Below, one piece after another: positions 45,732 to 58,490 of a DNA stretch of 64,000 bases. Location of the stretch: positions 22,196,001 through 22,260,000 of the forward strand of contig JBHGNT010000007.1 in assembly GCA_043228905.1 (NCBI GenBank), given 5' to 3'. Every line of letters starts with the position of its first letter. The stretch's first letter is position 1. Under the pieces are notes generated by a model, which searched no databases, was not told the DNA's origin, and was given only the letters and a program-made list of their open reading frames with translations. The translations under genes and the position numbers were made by a program. The stretch is from Azolla caroliniana (lineage: Eukaryota; Plantae; Polypodiophyta).

Positions 45732-46713
45732 AGCTTACGAGGGGAGAGGAGAAGGAAGAAGAGAAATTGTTAGGGTTTGTGGAAGACGAAGAGATGAAAG
45801 GAAAGAAATGGGTTCAAACTGTCAAGACTGAGAGAGAGAAAGAGAGAGAAAAAGAGATAGAGAGATAATTGAAAGAGAATTATTATATTGAAGCGTAAAA
45901 TGGATTACAAAGAGTAGGCTACAAAATGGTGTTGAACCAATTTAGGTTTGGGATGGGTGGTAGATCCCTATTTATAAGTAATAGAGAACACTCAAGAATA
46001 TTCTAGGTTATCCTAGAATGTAGAGTAATCTAGAAGATCTCTAGAGTATTCTAGAAGGTTCTAGTGGTATAGAACACTCTAGAATATTCTAGGTCATTCT
46101 AGAATGTAGAGTAATATAGAATATTCCTATGATATTAGATTTCATATTCTAGAGACTATACATATAAGAATATTAATACAATGGTTAAGGATTTGACATG
46201 TGTACAACAAGGTCGTGGGTTCAAATCCTTTTGAGTCATAATGTAAGTGTCATGATCCTTTCCATGCATGATGTGACTGTTATCATGACATAACCTAGAG
46301 GCCTACAGATTTATTCCAATTGAGAGATTCTCCAGTAGCATCTGAAAATGTCTGCAAAGCATTCTATACCCGATCAAGATTAATAACATCTCCATGAATA
46401 TAAAGAGCAGTGCTAGCTTCAAACTCAACATCAAGAATTCTCGTGTTTGCAATAGGTAAGGTTATTGCTTGGATGACTGCCATCAAGGATCTGAGAAACG
46501 ATGATAGAGCTTCCCCAGATTGAATGAAAAGAAAAGGTGCTAAAAGACAACCTTGTTTAATAGATCTGGAAATTGGAAATAATGTGCCATAGCCTCCAGA
46601 AAATAAAACTAAGCTAGAAGCATGTCCATATAATGCAGACACACCTTTTATCCATGCACATGGAAACCCTAATCTTAAGAGAACTACCTCCAAAAAAGTC
46701 CCAATCTACTTTA

Positions 46714-48526
46714 AACACCGGGTCATTTGAAACAGGTAATATGTCGCATTATGAGAACACTACGTCGAAAAAGGGCACAAAAGCACGCAGTTTTCAAAAA
46801 GACACGACGCATGCATAAAGCTTTTCAGAAAAGGTGGCAAAATATATTGAATTTCAACATGAGTAAAATGCCTCCAAAAATACATCACCAAAATTACAAA
46901 ATAATGTACAACATGTCTACCAGTTACAATTATACATATTCGTGAGTTTACATCCAAAACAAATTTACAAAGTTTCCGATCATGTAGTAAAACAATCCCC
47001 AGCTTGAACCAAATAGATATGTTAAGACATGTCTGATGGACTAGAAGAGCATTCTGACGTCTCATCCTCATCATCAGTGGCAATCAAAGCATTATCCTCA
47101 TCCAATTCCAACCCAACATCTTTGTGGTTATGAGAATTGCTTCTGGTTATTCTCTGTATTTCGTTTGACACCATGTTTGGGATTTTCTCCTTAAAGATTT
47201 CTTTCCTCAACACATAGAATTTTTATTTTTTTTTGTACAACGAACTTGGAAAGCAATTCTGAAAGGCAGGACCTTCAACAAAAATCCGTTGCACTGCATC
47301 GGATTTTGGTTGAAAGTCATGCAAATCCGATGCAGTGCATCGGATTTGCGTTGAACTGCATCGGATTTGCGTTGAAAAAAATGTTGTTTTTGCGATAAAA
47401 AACTATCGCATGGGACCATAAAATTGACGTAATTTAGATGATAATTTGCGTGATTTAGATAAAATTGTACGTTGTTTCTATGTTTTCACCAACGTTTTTA
47501 ATTTCAGTGAACCCAGACAAAAAGTTCCTTCATTTAGATTGAAGATTCGATCTCCGACAAAACGAGATTCTGGCTCCTTCATCAAGGACACGAGTAAAAA
47601 GATTTTATTTGACTCAACGGGGGAAGGAGGATCCAAGTCATCTGTGGCTACTACCAAAATCAACAAAGGTAGTGCGCAAGAGGAGAAAACGGTTGAGGTG
47701 AAATATAAGGAATACCCCGAACTTGAATGGTGTCTCTCCTATGTCGAGGAGGATGGGATGTTGTTATTGATAACAGCAAAATCGGATGGGGATTTTGAGG
47801 CATAATGTTCACCATCACTTCATATTATATTTGTATATGAGAACATCTGTAATTGTTTATCGTTTAATTAAATTCACCTGTTCATAATTTCCCTTTTTAA
47901 TCATTATTGGAACCGTAGTTTGTATTTACATATAATTGGTCACCATGCTCTTCTTCAATTTGAGATATTAACATGATATTGTAATTTCTCATTTCCGTTA
48001 GCATGACTGTATATGAAAAGGCGAATGTTTTTGATAATAAGAGGTTTTTAGTTACCTACGGTTCAAGTCTACTGGTTCCACATAGTATAAATGAATGTCG
48101 TACGTAGTTGTTACTCTTACCAATTACATTGTCATGAACTATATGACATTATACAATGAAACTATCGATATACCCGTCCAACAAGTGGGGTACTACTTTA
48201 TTCCTAAACCCAAAACCACATATTTATAATTACGGTTTATGTAGTTTTACTCTACAATTTGAATATGGATACCAATTTTAGAACTTTATATTGAACCAAG
48301 TCTTCAATTGTGCTCCATGATATGCAAATTGACACGAATGTGGACACATATACAATTTAGTAATTGCTAGGTTTTTTTTGTTCTATATTTAACCATCAAG
48401 TCGCAAAAGGGGTACGCATGCATCGTATATTTTCGATATCGGGCTAAAATAGGGTACTTTTCTACATCTGGTCAACTATGCCAAAAGAGAATATGACATA
48501 TTACCTGTTTCAAATGACCCGGTGTT
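46714..48526. mobile_element. Non-autonomous TIR DNA transposon, superfamily unassigned
   Basis: 32-bp perfect TIR AACACCGGGTCATTTGAAACAGGTAATATGTC; TTTA on both flanks; removing it restores the LINE DFEKAYDKVDW codons. Confidence 0.85.
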
Positions 48527-50149
48527 TTTATCATATGCTTTCTCAAAATCTAATAATAGTATAGCAAGGGACTGTTTGTGATGTTGAGTCAATGCAGTCA
48601 TCTCCCAAAAAAGGAATATATTGTCAACGATGCTTCTGTCTTGAAGGAATCATAATTGTGTATCATGTATAATCGAGGGGTGCATCAGACACATTCTATT
48701 GGCTATAGTCTTTGCTACTATTTTATAGACATCGTTAAGCAAAGTAATCGGATGCCATTTTGAGATTTCATCACATTGAGCATCTGATTTCGGGATCATG
48801 TATATGATTCCTTTTGTCCATTCATCGGGCATATGCCCTGTTGAGAAGATTAGGCCCCATCAAATCCCAATAATGCAAATAGAACACCACTCCTATGGCA
48901 TCCTTTCTAGGACACACATATTTCCGTAGGGATTTAGTTGTTTTCCAGACTTCAATGTTTGTAAATGGTTTAAGCAATTGAGAAGCCATTACATGAGTGA
49001 CCGTTTATTGTATTGTTTCTAGTACAAGTTGTCTCTTATTAATATCCTCCTTTGAGAAGGATTTAGCATATAACAACTAATGTCCCAATTTAATCATGAT
49101 TGGTATCATCTTAATGTCTCCTAAACTGAAATACATGCTAAAAACTCTCATTTTTTCTATTCGTTGTTATTTTTCTTGTATATGTTGACATTTTTATTCA
49201 ATCCTCCGAATACTAGGAGTTGAATCTATATAGCCATGTTTTTAAAAGGAAAAAACAAGCAGCTCTGCATTATACCAAACAAAAAGCATGAAGCTCTTAT
49301 ATACATGAATTTTTGGCTTAAAATCATGAACTTATAAGAGGATAAGGTTTAATGCATTTTATGTATTTTATGTAAATTTTCCCATACATAGTTGTGTATT
49401 CATGTATCAAAAACTTGGCAATCCTTTACATTATGTTTTTGTGCGCGAACGTCTCAATTGGTATTCTCCAATAATCCGTAACTTGAGCTTGCGCACACAT
49501 TTTCGCCCTTGAATGTAATTTGTAACTTCCACCATCATTTTAATTTTTTTCATAATCATATCACCATCATCTTTGACATGTGTGTGTATGTATATGTTGT
49601 GACAACATAATATCACCAAAATAGTAAACATAGGGATGAAGAAATACTTCAGTCCAAATATTTTTTGGTGTGGATTAAACTAGAAGTCATAGGCTTATAT
49701 TCAAGACGTAACTAACAAGACTAGACATCCATTCTCTTGAAATATGTCAATGAATCCTTGTCAAACTCCAACAACAAAGATAACTTCTAGTGAAAAAACA
49801 CATTTTGAAACTTACATGCATTGACAAATTAACAATACTTACTATGCATGCACACAAGTGCAGTGTAGTGTGTGAATTCAGACTCATAAGTCTTGATTAT
49901 AAGGTCTATTAACTAAAGTAAATCTCATGGTGTACTTGATAATGTATCACAATCTTTATTAAGTTTCTATTTCTTTAATTTAGTGTGTATGCTCGTTATG
50001 GTGCTTCATTATTTGACTATATACATGTCATGACTCTATGTGCACTAGAGAGTATGTCATGACTTATGCTATTGGGGTGGTTAGACAATTAAAACGTGAG
50101 AACTATTCCTAACAACTAAATATATTCGTAACTGATAATGACAAACTTT

Positions 50150-53100
50150 GGAATCAAACCATTTTCTTTGCAACCCCGCACAATATGCAAAGTTGTACCC
50201 TCCCACCAAATCTTATCCACTAGGTATTTTGTTGTTTATCTTCAACCATGTCTAATTGCAAATAATGGAAGAAGAAATGTCTCGAAAAGTAGAGGTTATA
50301 CTAAATGAAAGAAAATAATAAAATTTTAGAAAAGTAATCATGCAACTTTGAATATATTTGCATATTTTTTTGCCTGGTGGAGATGGTGAGAGAGCGTTTT
50401 GATAGACTATTAGCAACCATAATAAAGCGAATATGAGCTTGAGGGTCTTCGTGATAAATGCTCGAGATTTGGGACAAAAACACCTGAAAGCAAACCACAA
50501 CTTCATATATTTAGGACCTAAGTTTTGGTGAATTTTGGGTGAATCCTAATTAGAACCTTATTTGAGGGGCATCTTTATATTATTTAAAATTTTGGTATCG
50601 CTCGTCTAATTTTTTTTAAAAGCGTTTATCTCAGGAGAAATGCAAAAATTTAATGGCATGATCACCAAACATGAATTCTATGATATACATGTGTGCATTG
50701 ATAACTTCTCACCTAATTTTCAAACACAAGCTTCTCCATGTGATTGGATTTAGACCTAAGACTTTCTTTTCCCATCCCAATATAAGTCTATTGATGAAGA
50801 TTTTAAGTACCTTGTTCGAGAGAATACCAATTTGTTTCCTATACTAAAATGAGTGTCTATTAAATTCATTAATCTCAAACTTCATTGCCGATCAAGAAAT
50901 AAATGTCAAACCGTAATGAATTATAAGTGCTTAAATTACAAAACGCTATTGGAAACATGCCATCATCAAGCTTTGATCCTTGCGTACCATTTACGTATTA
51001 CCCTTTTCCATATAAGAATGGATTAACAACCTTCACACACACGCATACGTTTTCGAAGGCTAACTTTTCTTGATATTAAAGGATCCTCTTAATTGGGTAG
51101 TTGGGTACCTCGTCAAGTTGCAAACCAAGTCATGTCAACACTTGATTGTTTCTTCCATATCGCACACTTCAATGCAAGAGGCCATTGATTTCTTTGTCTA
51201 TGGTAGCAAAATGATTTCAGGATTCATTATATCACTTTTGAATCGAGTAACAAAATGCTATGCATGAGGCTTATAATATCCATAATTTTCTTTAATCATA
51301 CTCGAGAACTATGTTAAACTTGAGGGTAAGACATCAACAAAGTAGACTTAAGTGGTTATATCTCATCCAAGATCAACCAAGTGTCTTTTAGTGCATAAAT
51401 AAGCATCCACTTATCAATATTAGTGTGCAATATTGATGACAAGGCAAATACATTCCACACTTCCATAGTTTTAGCTATATTATTGGCTAGTGTCTTTAAG
51501 AAGCATATTATTAAATCATCTACCAAGCCCTAATATATCATCCATTTCACTAATGGGAGAGCAAGTTCAACCATTTCTTTGGATTCTATCAACTCATGTA
51601 ACACCACAAGAATAGGATGGGTATTAATGGTAAACAATTATGAGCTCAATGGGCATCTTTGTTGCACTAGCTATGTGAACATTCAATATAACATGGCACT
51701 CTACAACTAACCCCCATACATGAAATCTTTGCACAAAAACCAATATGAGTGATAAGTGCAATAATACGATACCAAGTCATCTGGTCATACACATTCTCCA
51801 CATTGAGTTTCATCATCACAATTTCTTAATTTGATTCCCTGGCATAGTATATATCCACTTCTATTTGAAATATTCCAAAGGATATTTTTGCTTGCAGTAA
51901 ATCCATACTGTATAGGGTGACCAATAGCAACAACACATTTTGAAGTTGATTGTTAGTTTGGCAATAGTATTATATGATCAATGTGTTGAGGACATGCGAC
52001 TCTACTCTCCATAGGCCATGACTCGTGGGGAAACTTTCATAGCTTGATGAGTTCAAAATTCAGACTTACGTACCTTACTAGAACCCCATGTTTTCTTGAA
52101 ACAAAGCCCAAAGGGGGCTTAATTAAAGTCTTAATACATTCCTTTGTAGTTTGATCCCAATGAGCTTTATCATTGAGGCAAGGTGAAATCATGCAATGTA
52201 ACTCATCATCACTCATATCATCTTCCAAGGTTGTTGCAACTTAATGGCCAACCTTCTCCTAGGTTTATGCAAATGACGTTAATTGTAATTGCTTCATTCA
52301 TCATCAAGCTTGCGATAGAAATGTAAAGGTTCTGCAATAGGAACGTAAAAGGTTGTTAATAATTCAAAACATTAATCTACTATTACTTGTGTATCAATTT
52401 TGAGATTACCATAGGCTTCTAGCCAAAACCCATTCAATATATAATGGGTGGCATGCACCTCATGGAAGAATTTATGGGATAATTATGATTAAAGCCCCTT
52501 CATCATGCTTACCAAACATTTTTGCTGATAATCATGCACCAAAAGATCTTGCAAAGCTTGATATAAGCTAGACTAGCTATCCAACATGACATCATCTTTG
52601 GGGAGAGATATTGGACAATTCTAAAATGTGCCCATACGTTTTAGAACTGCGCCTACAACATGTTTCACATATGTTCTGCGAGTGCGACCCTTTATATTCA
52701 ATACTATGATGCATTGCAAATTCTCTTAGAGCAAACAACGACATCATTTGCTCTCTCTCAACCTACCTACTCTAGTGGTAGACCATTATTTTTATTGAGC
52801 CTTGGATTCAAAAACGACCTATTCAATTAATTATCTACATGATCCTAAAGTTGAACCCATGACCATCTTCTCGACAATGAACAACCCCTCTTCTTAAGGT
52901 GACATTCTAGTTAACTTTGAAACTATATCTAGAAAATGTGGTAAATTCTATGAGCATACTCATTTTCAATGTATTACAACTAATTGCGCCTAAGAGCCAT
53001 CAAACCTAAGAACTCTACCACTACTCCAAGTTTTCTTTCTTTCTCTAGATGTCCATGAGTTTTTGCCATTTCCCACATGCCATTGGTAAACCCATAAAAG

Positions 53101-53200
53101 GTAACTATATCTACTATTTGAGCAATTATGTGCTCAATTCATCCTCTTTTTCTCTCTTTATCAAGTGGTGACCAAGGGAGTTTATGGAATTACCGAGAAT
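50150..53200 (-). pseudogene. Possible highly eroded retrotransposon coding relic
   Basis: Patchy protein-like sequence with many stops; no intact motif confirmed. Confidence 0.25.
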
Positions 53201-53879
53201 TTAGGGGCATTGAAGGAAATAAACAAAAGCAAGAGGTACAATATAGTTTTTTTCCCCCTAAATGTATATAGTTAATACATGCACATCTATAGAGTGAAAT
53301 GATAGGCAATTACATGACATACTTATTGCTACTAACTATTGTTATTGGAGGGGAAGAATCTTTGAAATATGATGGTACTAGATGATCTGGATCAGCCCAT
53401 TCACATCAAACTTTATTGATATTTTGTCTATAACCATCCATTGGATCATCATTGTAAAGAAGTTTATGTTTTATGATAGTAGAACCATGCAAACTTTGTT
53501 TCTCATCCATGTTGGAAAAACCTAGAAAACAGTCAAAAGCAGCAAAGACGAGTCTTTTTCCGATTGACCATGACCTTTTGTCCATTCAACGTGCTACTAG
53601 ACAGATGCTCGATGATCCCTTCTTGCTATATTCACATTACAGTCAGACCCAGTTGAGCACCAGTTCTCTTTTAAACAATGAAAACAAAAGTTTGCAAACA
53701 AGAACGAGAGTGGATTACTCATCAATTCTTTTGGGGAAGGATGACTCAAAGAACATCTCGACGAAAAAGAAAACACCCCAAGGGAACGCTCGAGGCTCAT
53801 CCCCACAAGAAAGCTTATCTAATGGTCCATTTCTAGATCCCCTTTTGAGCTTAACGATATGTGCCTGCTACTCTGCGCA

Positions 53880-56800
53880 AGTATGTAATAAGAGCACCCA
53901 TCGATTTGTCCCGATTTTCCTCAATGTTTTTTTTGCATTCTTTTATCAGCCAAGTGCATCCATCAAATGGGAAATCAATCGACACAAGTATAGAATAAGG
54001 GCACCCATCGATTCGTCCTTGCATTTCTCAATGTTTTTCGCATTCTTTTATCAACCAAGGGCATCTGATGGGAATTTTATCTATGTGAGTGTATAGTAAA
54101 AGTTCCCATCGATTCGTCCCAACATTTCTCAATGTTTTTTTCGCATTCTTTTATCGGCCAAGGGCATCTTATGGGAAATTAATCTGCATGAGCATCATAG
54201 TAAAAGTGCCGATTGATTTGTCCCAACTCTTCTCAATGGTTTTTCGCATTCTTTTATCGGCCGAGGGCATCTAATGGGAAATTAATCTGTGTGAGTGTAT
54301 AGTAAAAGTTCCCATCGATTCGTCGTAGCTTTTCTCAACGTTTTTCCGCATTCTTTTATCGACCAAGGGCATCTGATGGGAAAATAATATGCGTGAGTAT
54401 CATAGTAAAAGTGCCCGATCGAGGTAGATATAAGAGGTATAGCATTACCTTTTACACAACCTAGTGTATTGGATGCTGAATTTGCAGATGACACGGCCTT
54501 GTATGTTGACGAGGAGATTGGAAATCTTGGTCAGGTACAAGATGCTTTGCAAGTTTTTTCAGATGCTATAGGTGCATCACTTAATTGGACAAGTCAGTTG
54601 GACTTTGGGTAAGTGAAGAAACTCACCTTGCATGGTATCCAGGTCCTTCTTTCCGATGGCTTCATCATGGTGAACCGGTTCGTTATTTGGGATGTATGGT
54701 TGGAATAGATTTGCGGCCAGAAGCAATGTTATCGCCACTACTATTATCAATAAAACATAAACTAATACATTGGGATGCCCAACAATTTTCCTTTGCAGGT
54801 CGGGTTGTAGTAGCCAACTCTGTATTGTTGGCTTCAATGTGGTTTATAGCATCCGTTTGGCTATTTTCTAGATCTGTAATAACGAAAGTGCAAAGTTTGA
54901 TCCGGAATTTCCTTTGGGGGGAAAAACAAGGATCTCCAACAATAGCCAAAGTTCTTGGAATGTGTTAATCCAACCTAAAAGCAATGGAGGTTTGGGTTTG
55001 ATAGACCCTTTAATGCAGTCAAGAGACCTTTTGACTAAGTTTGTGATTAGAGAATTGCTGCCAGGATCAAAATCTTGGAAAGGGATATTTCTAAATAAGT
55101 TGATGCAGTTAAGTCCTAAGACGGGCGGTGTTTGGTCACCCTCTTTAAAATGGTTATTCCTAAATGATGTACAAACACCAAGACGGGATCTTGCATCCAA
55201 TAGATTTTTGCTAGGAATCATAAGGGCATGGGATGTGATTAAGTCATTCTTGCTTAAGGACAAGCCTTATACGTGGGATGCACTACTTAATCAACCTTTT
55301 CTTGCCAATTCTTTATTTCGGGATAATGCAGGAAAAGTGTTGGGCCTGAGAACTCACCTTGCCTGGGGAAAATTGGATAATGGGCCTGCTGCATTTGTAA
55401 GAACGTGGAATCACTTTCAAAAAATGTCATAGGAAGATCGTCTTGCACAGTTACAATCAGTTCATGGTGCCAATATAATGACTGCTAGTATATCAACAAC
55501 ATATTCTTCGTTTACTACAACCTTTCAACCCAGGAAGGAACATATGTAGTTTGGATGCTTTATAAATGACACATTGGTGGCTGTCAAGGCAGTTTCACCT
55601 AACGGGTGCGCTTCTTACTTTCAGGTCCTAGACAATCATACATTACAACCTTACACCTTAGAGTGTAGTTATCTACAACACTTGTGAAGTGCACCAGTCA
55701 GAGTGGTTGCTAAATTTGGAAAGAAATGGATGCTCGATCCTTATCCTTCAATTGCTCATATGTGTGATATGTTGTGGTTATATGCAAAAGATCCGGTTGC
55801 AAGATTAACATGGGATCCGAGGGGCTGGTTTTGGTCACATTCCTTGGGGGAATAGATCATCAAGGTTCCTTTCTTTCAATACTCGGTAAAACTTGGAAGA
55901 GCACTATTGCTTTCTCGGAATGCAAGGATACCAGCAACTCATAAACATTGGACCACTTGGGGGGTCTCAACTTTGCATTTGAAAAACCTACCGGAAATGG
56001 ATTTGGTCATTCAAGGGGCCAACTAAATTTATTCTCTTCAGATGGCTATTAGTGCATAAGGCCTTACCAGTTGGTCACTCATTGATAGGGAATGTAGCAC
56101 CCAATCTTCGACAATGTGACTTTTACCATGAAGCGTAGGAGACTACCAAGCATGCCCTTTGGTCATGTTCCTTGGCTCAACAAGTATGGAATAAAGTTCT
56201 TTCGTAATTTTTAACGATCAATGTTGGTTGCCTATTTTCATGGGGATCAGCAATGTGGGGAGTGTTACATTCCAGTTTGATGTTGTATGAGGTAAACGAG
56301 GTTCAAGTGGCAATGACGGTACATAATAGAAGATTGATATTGGTCAGCCCCTTTCAACAACCTCGAAAGTAGGTGTGATCTGCCCAGATATGGAAAATTG
56401 TGACAACAATAACGTTATGGGCATTATGGAAATGTCGATGCAACCGACGTTATGATGCGACATATCAGTGTCTCTCAGATGTCTTGTGTGAGATATGGGA
56501 GAACTTGGTGGCAGTAGTCCGCGGCCAGTATGACAACATGCATGGTTCACCAGAGACTATGAACAAGAGAAAGAAGAAGCTCCTTCACTTATGGAAAAAG
56601 TTACCCCTATTTTCTGAGTCAGCTCAAGGGCCTCAATGGAACTATCAACTTCCTTGGACCCTTTATTGATTAGCAGTGACGCACGGCAGAATGCAACAAT
56701 TTTTTTTTTACCTTTTACAAGGTTCTAACTTTGGTCTTAGGATTATCATACATCATTGTACATGAAAATTGTAAGCTTTTGGGCTCATAAACTTAAATTG

Positions 56801-57060
56801 TAGCATTCACATGTTTTTCTTAATACTGATGAGGAAAATCTTTGAAGGAAAGAAAAAAAAAAAGTGCCCGATCGATTCGTCCCAGCTTTTTTCGATGTTT
56901 TTTCGCATTCTTTTATCGGGAGAGGGCATCTATCTGATGGGAAATCAATATGTGCAAGAGCATATAATAAGTGCGCCCATCGATTCATCCCACCTTTTTT
57001 ATTTGGTAATAATCGATGTTTCACATTTGTTATCTTGGGCAACAAGGGCATGTAGTAGGA
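53880..57060. repeat. ~103-bp tandem repeat array (~8 copies) split by a LINE
   Basis: Unit core CCCATCGATTCGTCCC..TCAATGTTTTTCGCATTCTTTTATCGGCCAAGGGCATCTGATGGGAAA at ~53897, 54004, 54105, 54209, 54311, 54414/56867, 56976. Confidence 0.85.
54423..56859 (+). mobile_element. 5'-truncated degenerate LINE with poly-A and 16-bp TSD
   Basis: FADD motif at ~54481, YLG, KSNGGLG, LWALWKCRC; A-tail at ~56850; TSD AAAAGTGCCCGATCGA (54407-54422, 56860-56875). Confidence 0.9.
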
Positions 57061-57238
57061 AATAACCAAAAACTTGTGGGCAATTTTTGGGTGGGTATCA
57101 GGAATCTGAAGTCCTATAATCTGTATGAGAAACTAAAAGAAAAAGTTAATATTTATATAATAAAGATTAACATTCTCTGATTCTCTGTGTGTTTCTGCCC
57201 CTGCCTCTTTCTTTGCCTCCCCCCTGTTTCTTCAAATA

Positions 57239-58444
57239 ATGAGTATGTTGATCACAGAAGAAACTGATGAAGAGAAACAAGGCAGACTTCATGAAGGAGA
57301 AGATGAAGAGGAAGAAGAAAGATCTAGAGAAGTTTTTGAAGGAGGAGGAGGAGAAGAAGAAACAGGGCAAGTCGGAAACGATTTGTGCGTGAATCTTGAT
57401 GGTAATGGTAATGAGAGTTTAGGGTTTGGTGTGAAGGTATTAGTTGTGGGTGCAGGGGCCCGAATCCTCTTCTACCCTACTCTCTTCTACAACGTTGTTC
57501 GCAACAAATTCGAACCCAATTTCCGATGGTGGGATCAGATCGAACAAGTAAGTCCACTCTTTCGATCCTATTTTTGCCTTAATGTTTTGTGATCTCCTTC
57601 TGCCGTGAGTTTTGGTTTGATTGATTTTCATGATATCATTTTTTTATATGGCTTTGTTGAAGGTATTGAGATGAAAGAGATGTCTATTTTATTGGATCTC
57701 TATTTTGTATGTGCTTTTTTTTGTTTGGTTGGTTGGATCAAAACGATGAATCGATTTTGATGATCTCTATTTTCTGTTTGGTCGAGGGCATTGAAATTAT
57801 TGAGGTGATGTTTATTTGCTTGTCTCTAATTTCTATGTGATCTTCTGTTTGGCTCATTAGATATGAAAATGAGTCATTAATTTTGACGATTGTTATTCCT
57901 CTATGATTCTTTGAGGGTATTGAATCTACTGTGGTATTTATTTTATTAGATCTTAACTCTATGTGATCTTCTGTTTGGTAGATTGGATATGAAAATGAGT
58001 TACTGATTTTGATGATATCTATATTTGTATGGCTTTGGTTGAGGGGGATGTTTGGATCTATATTTTTATCAGTTTTTATATTGGTTTCAGTTGATTGGTT
58101 TAAAATATTGAATCATCTTCTGATGATCTCTATCCTTTTATGCATTCGATGGGGATATTGAATCTAATGTGATGTTTATTTGGCTCCTTCTTTGCTCGAT
58201 TTGATTATGTATTTTAAACCCTTCCGTTAAGGGGATGAATTTTGATGGTATATTCGTCTGATGATGTGTATTGTATACCTTTGTTGAGAGGTTGCTTCTA
58301 ATGATGTAATTGAAGTCCCCTTATTTGTTTGGATATGGTGATGTATTATATAGTCTTTTGACAAGGGGATGGATGGATCAATTAATGTATTTATATAAAA
58401 TTATGATATTATTTGTCGAAGAAGTATGCTGCAAATCTTTAAGA

Positions 58445-58490
<46 letters not shown>

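Larger units (their letters stand above)
40491..46290 (-). mobile_element. Ty3/Gypsy chromovirus (Tcn1/Tf1-like) LTR retrotransposon
   Basis: 471-bp LTRs 40491-40961 and 45820-46290 (TGTCA...TGACA) with few differences; TSD TAACC; PPT GAAGAAGGGGGATAG; no standard tRNA PBS. Confidence 0.95.
38363..49080 (-). mobile_element. Degenerate LINE (L1-like ORF2), split by a chromovirus and a TIR element
   Basis: Poly-T at 38363-38369 (poly-A tail); segments 38363-40490, 46291-46713, 48527-~49080 with RT motifs (WHPITLLNDVYKIVAK, DFEKAYD|KVDW, SIKQGCLLAPFLF, YLG). 5' boundary approximate. Confidence 0.85.

Noticed and set aside
53473-54096. 207-aa ORF
   Set aside because: Runs into the tandem array and has no recognisable domain or splice structure.
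53880-54420. Regularly spaced repeats resembling a CRISPR array
   Set aside because: Whole ~103-bp units repeat with no unique spacers; eukaryotic context and no cas genes.
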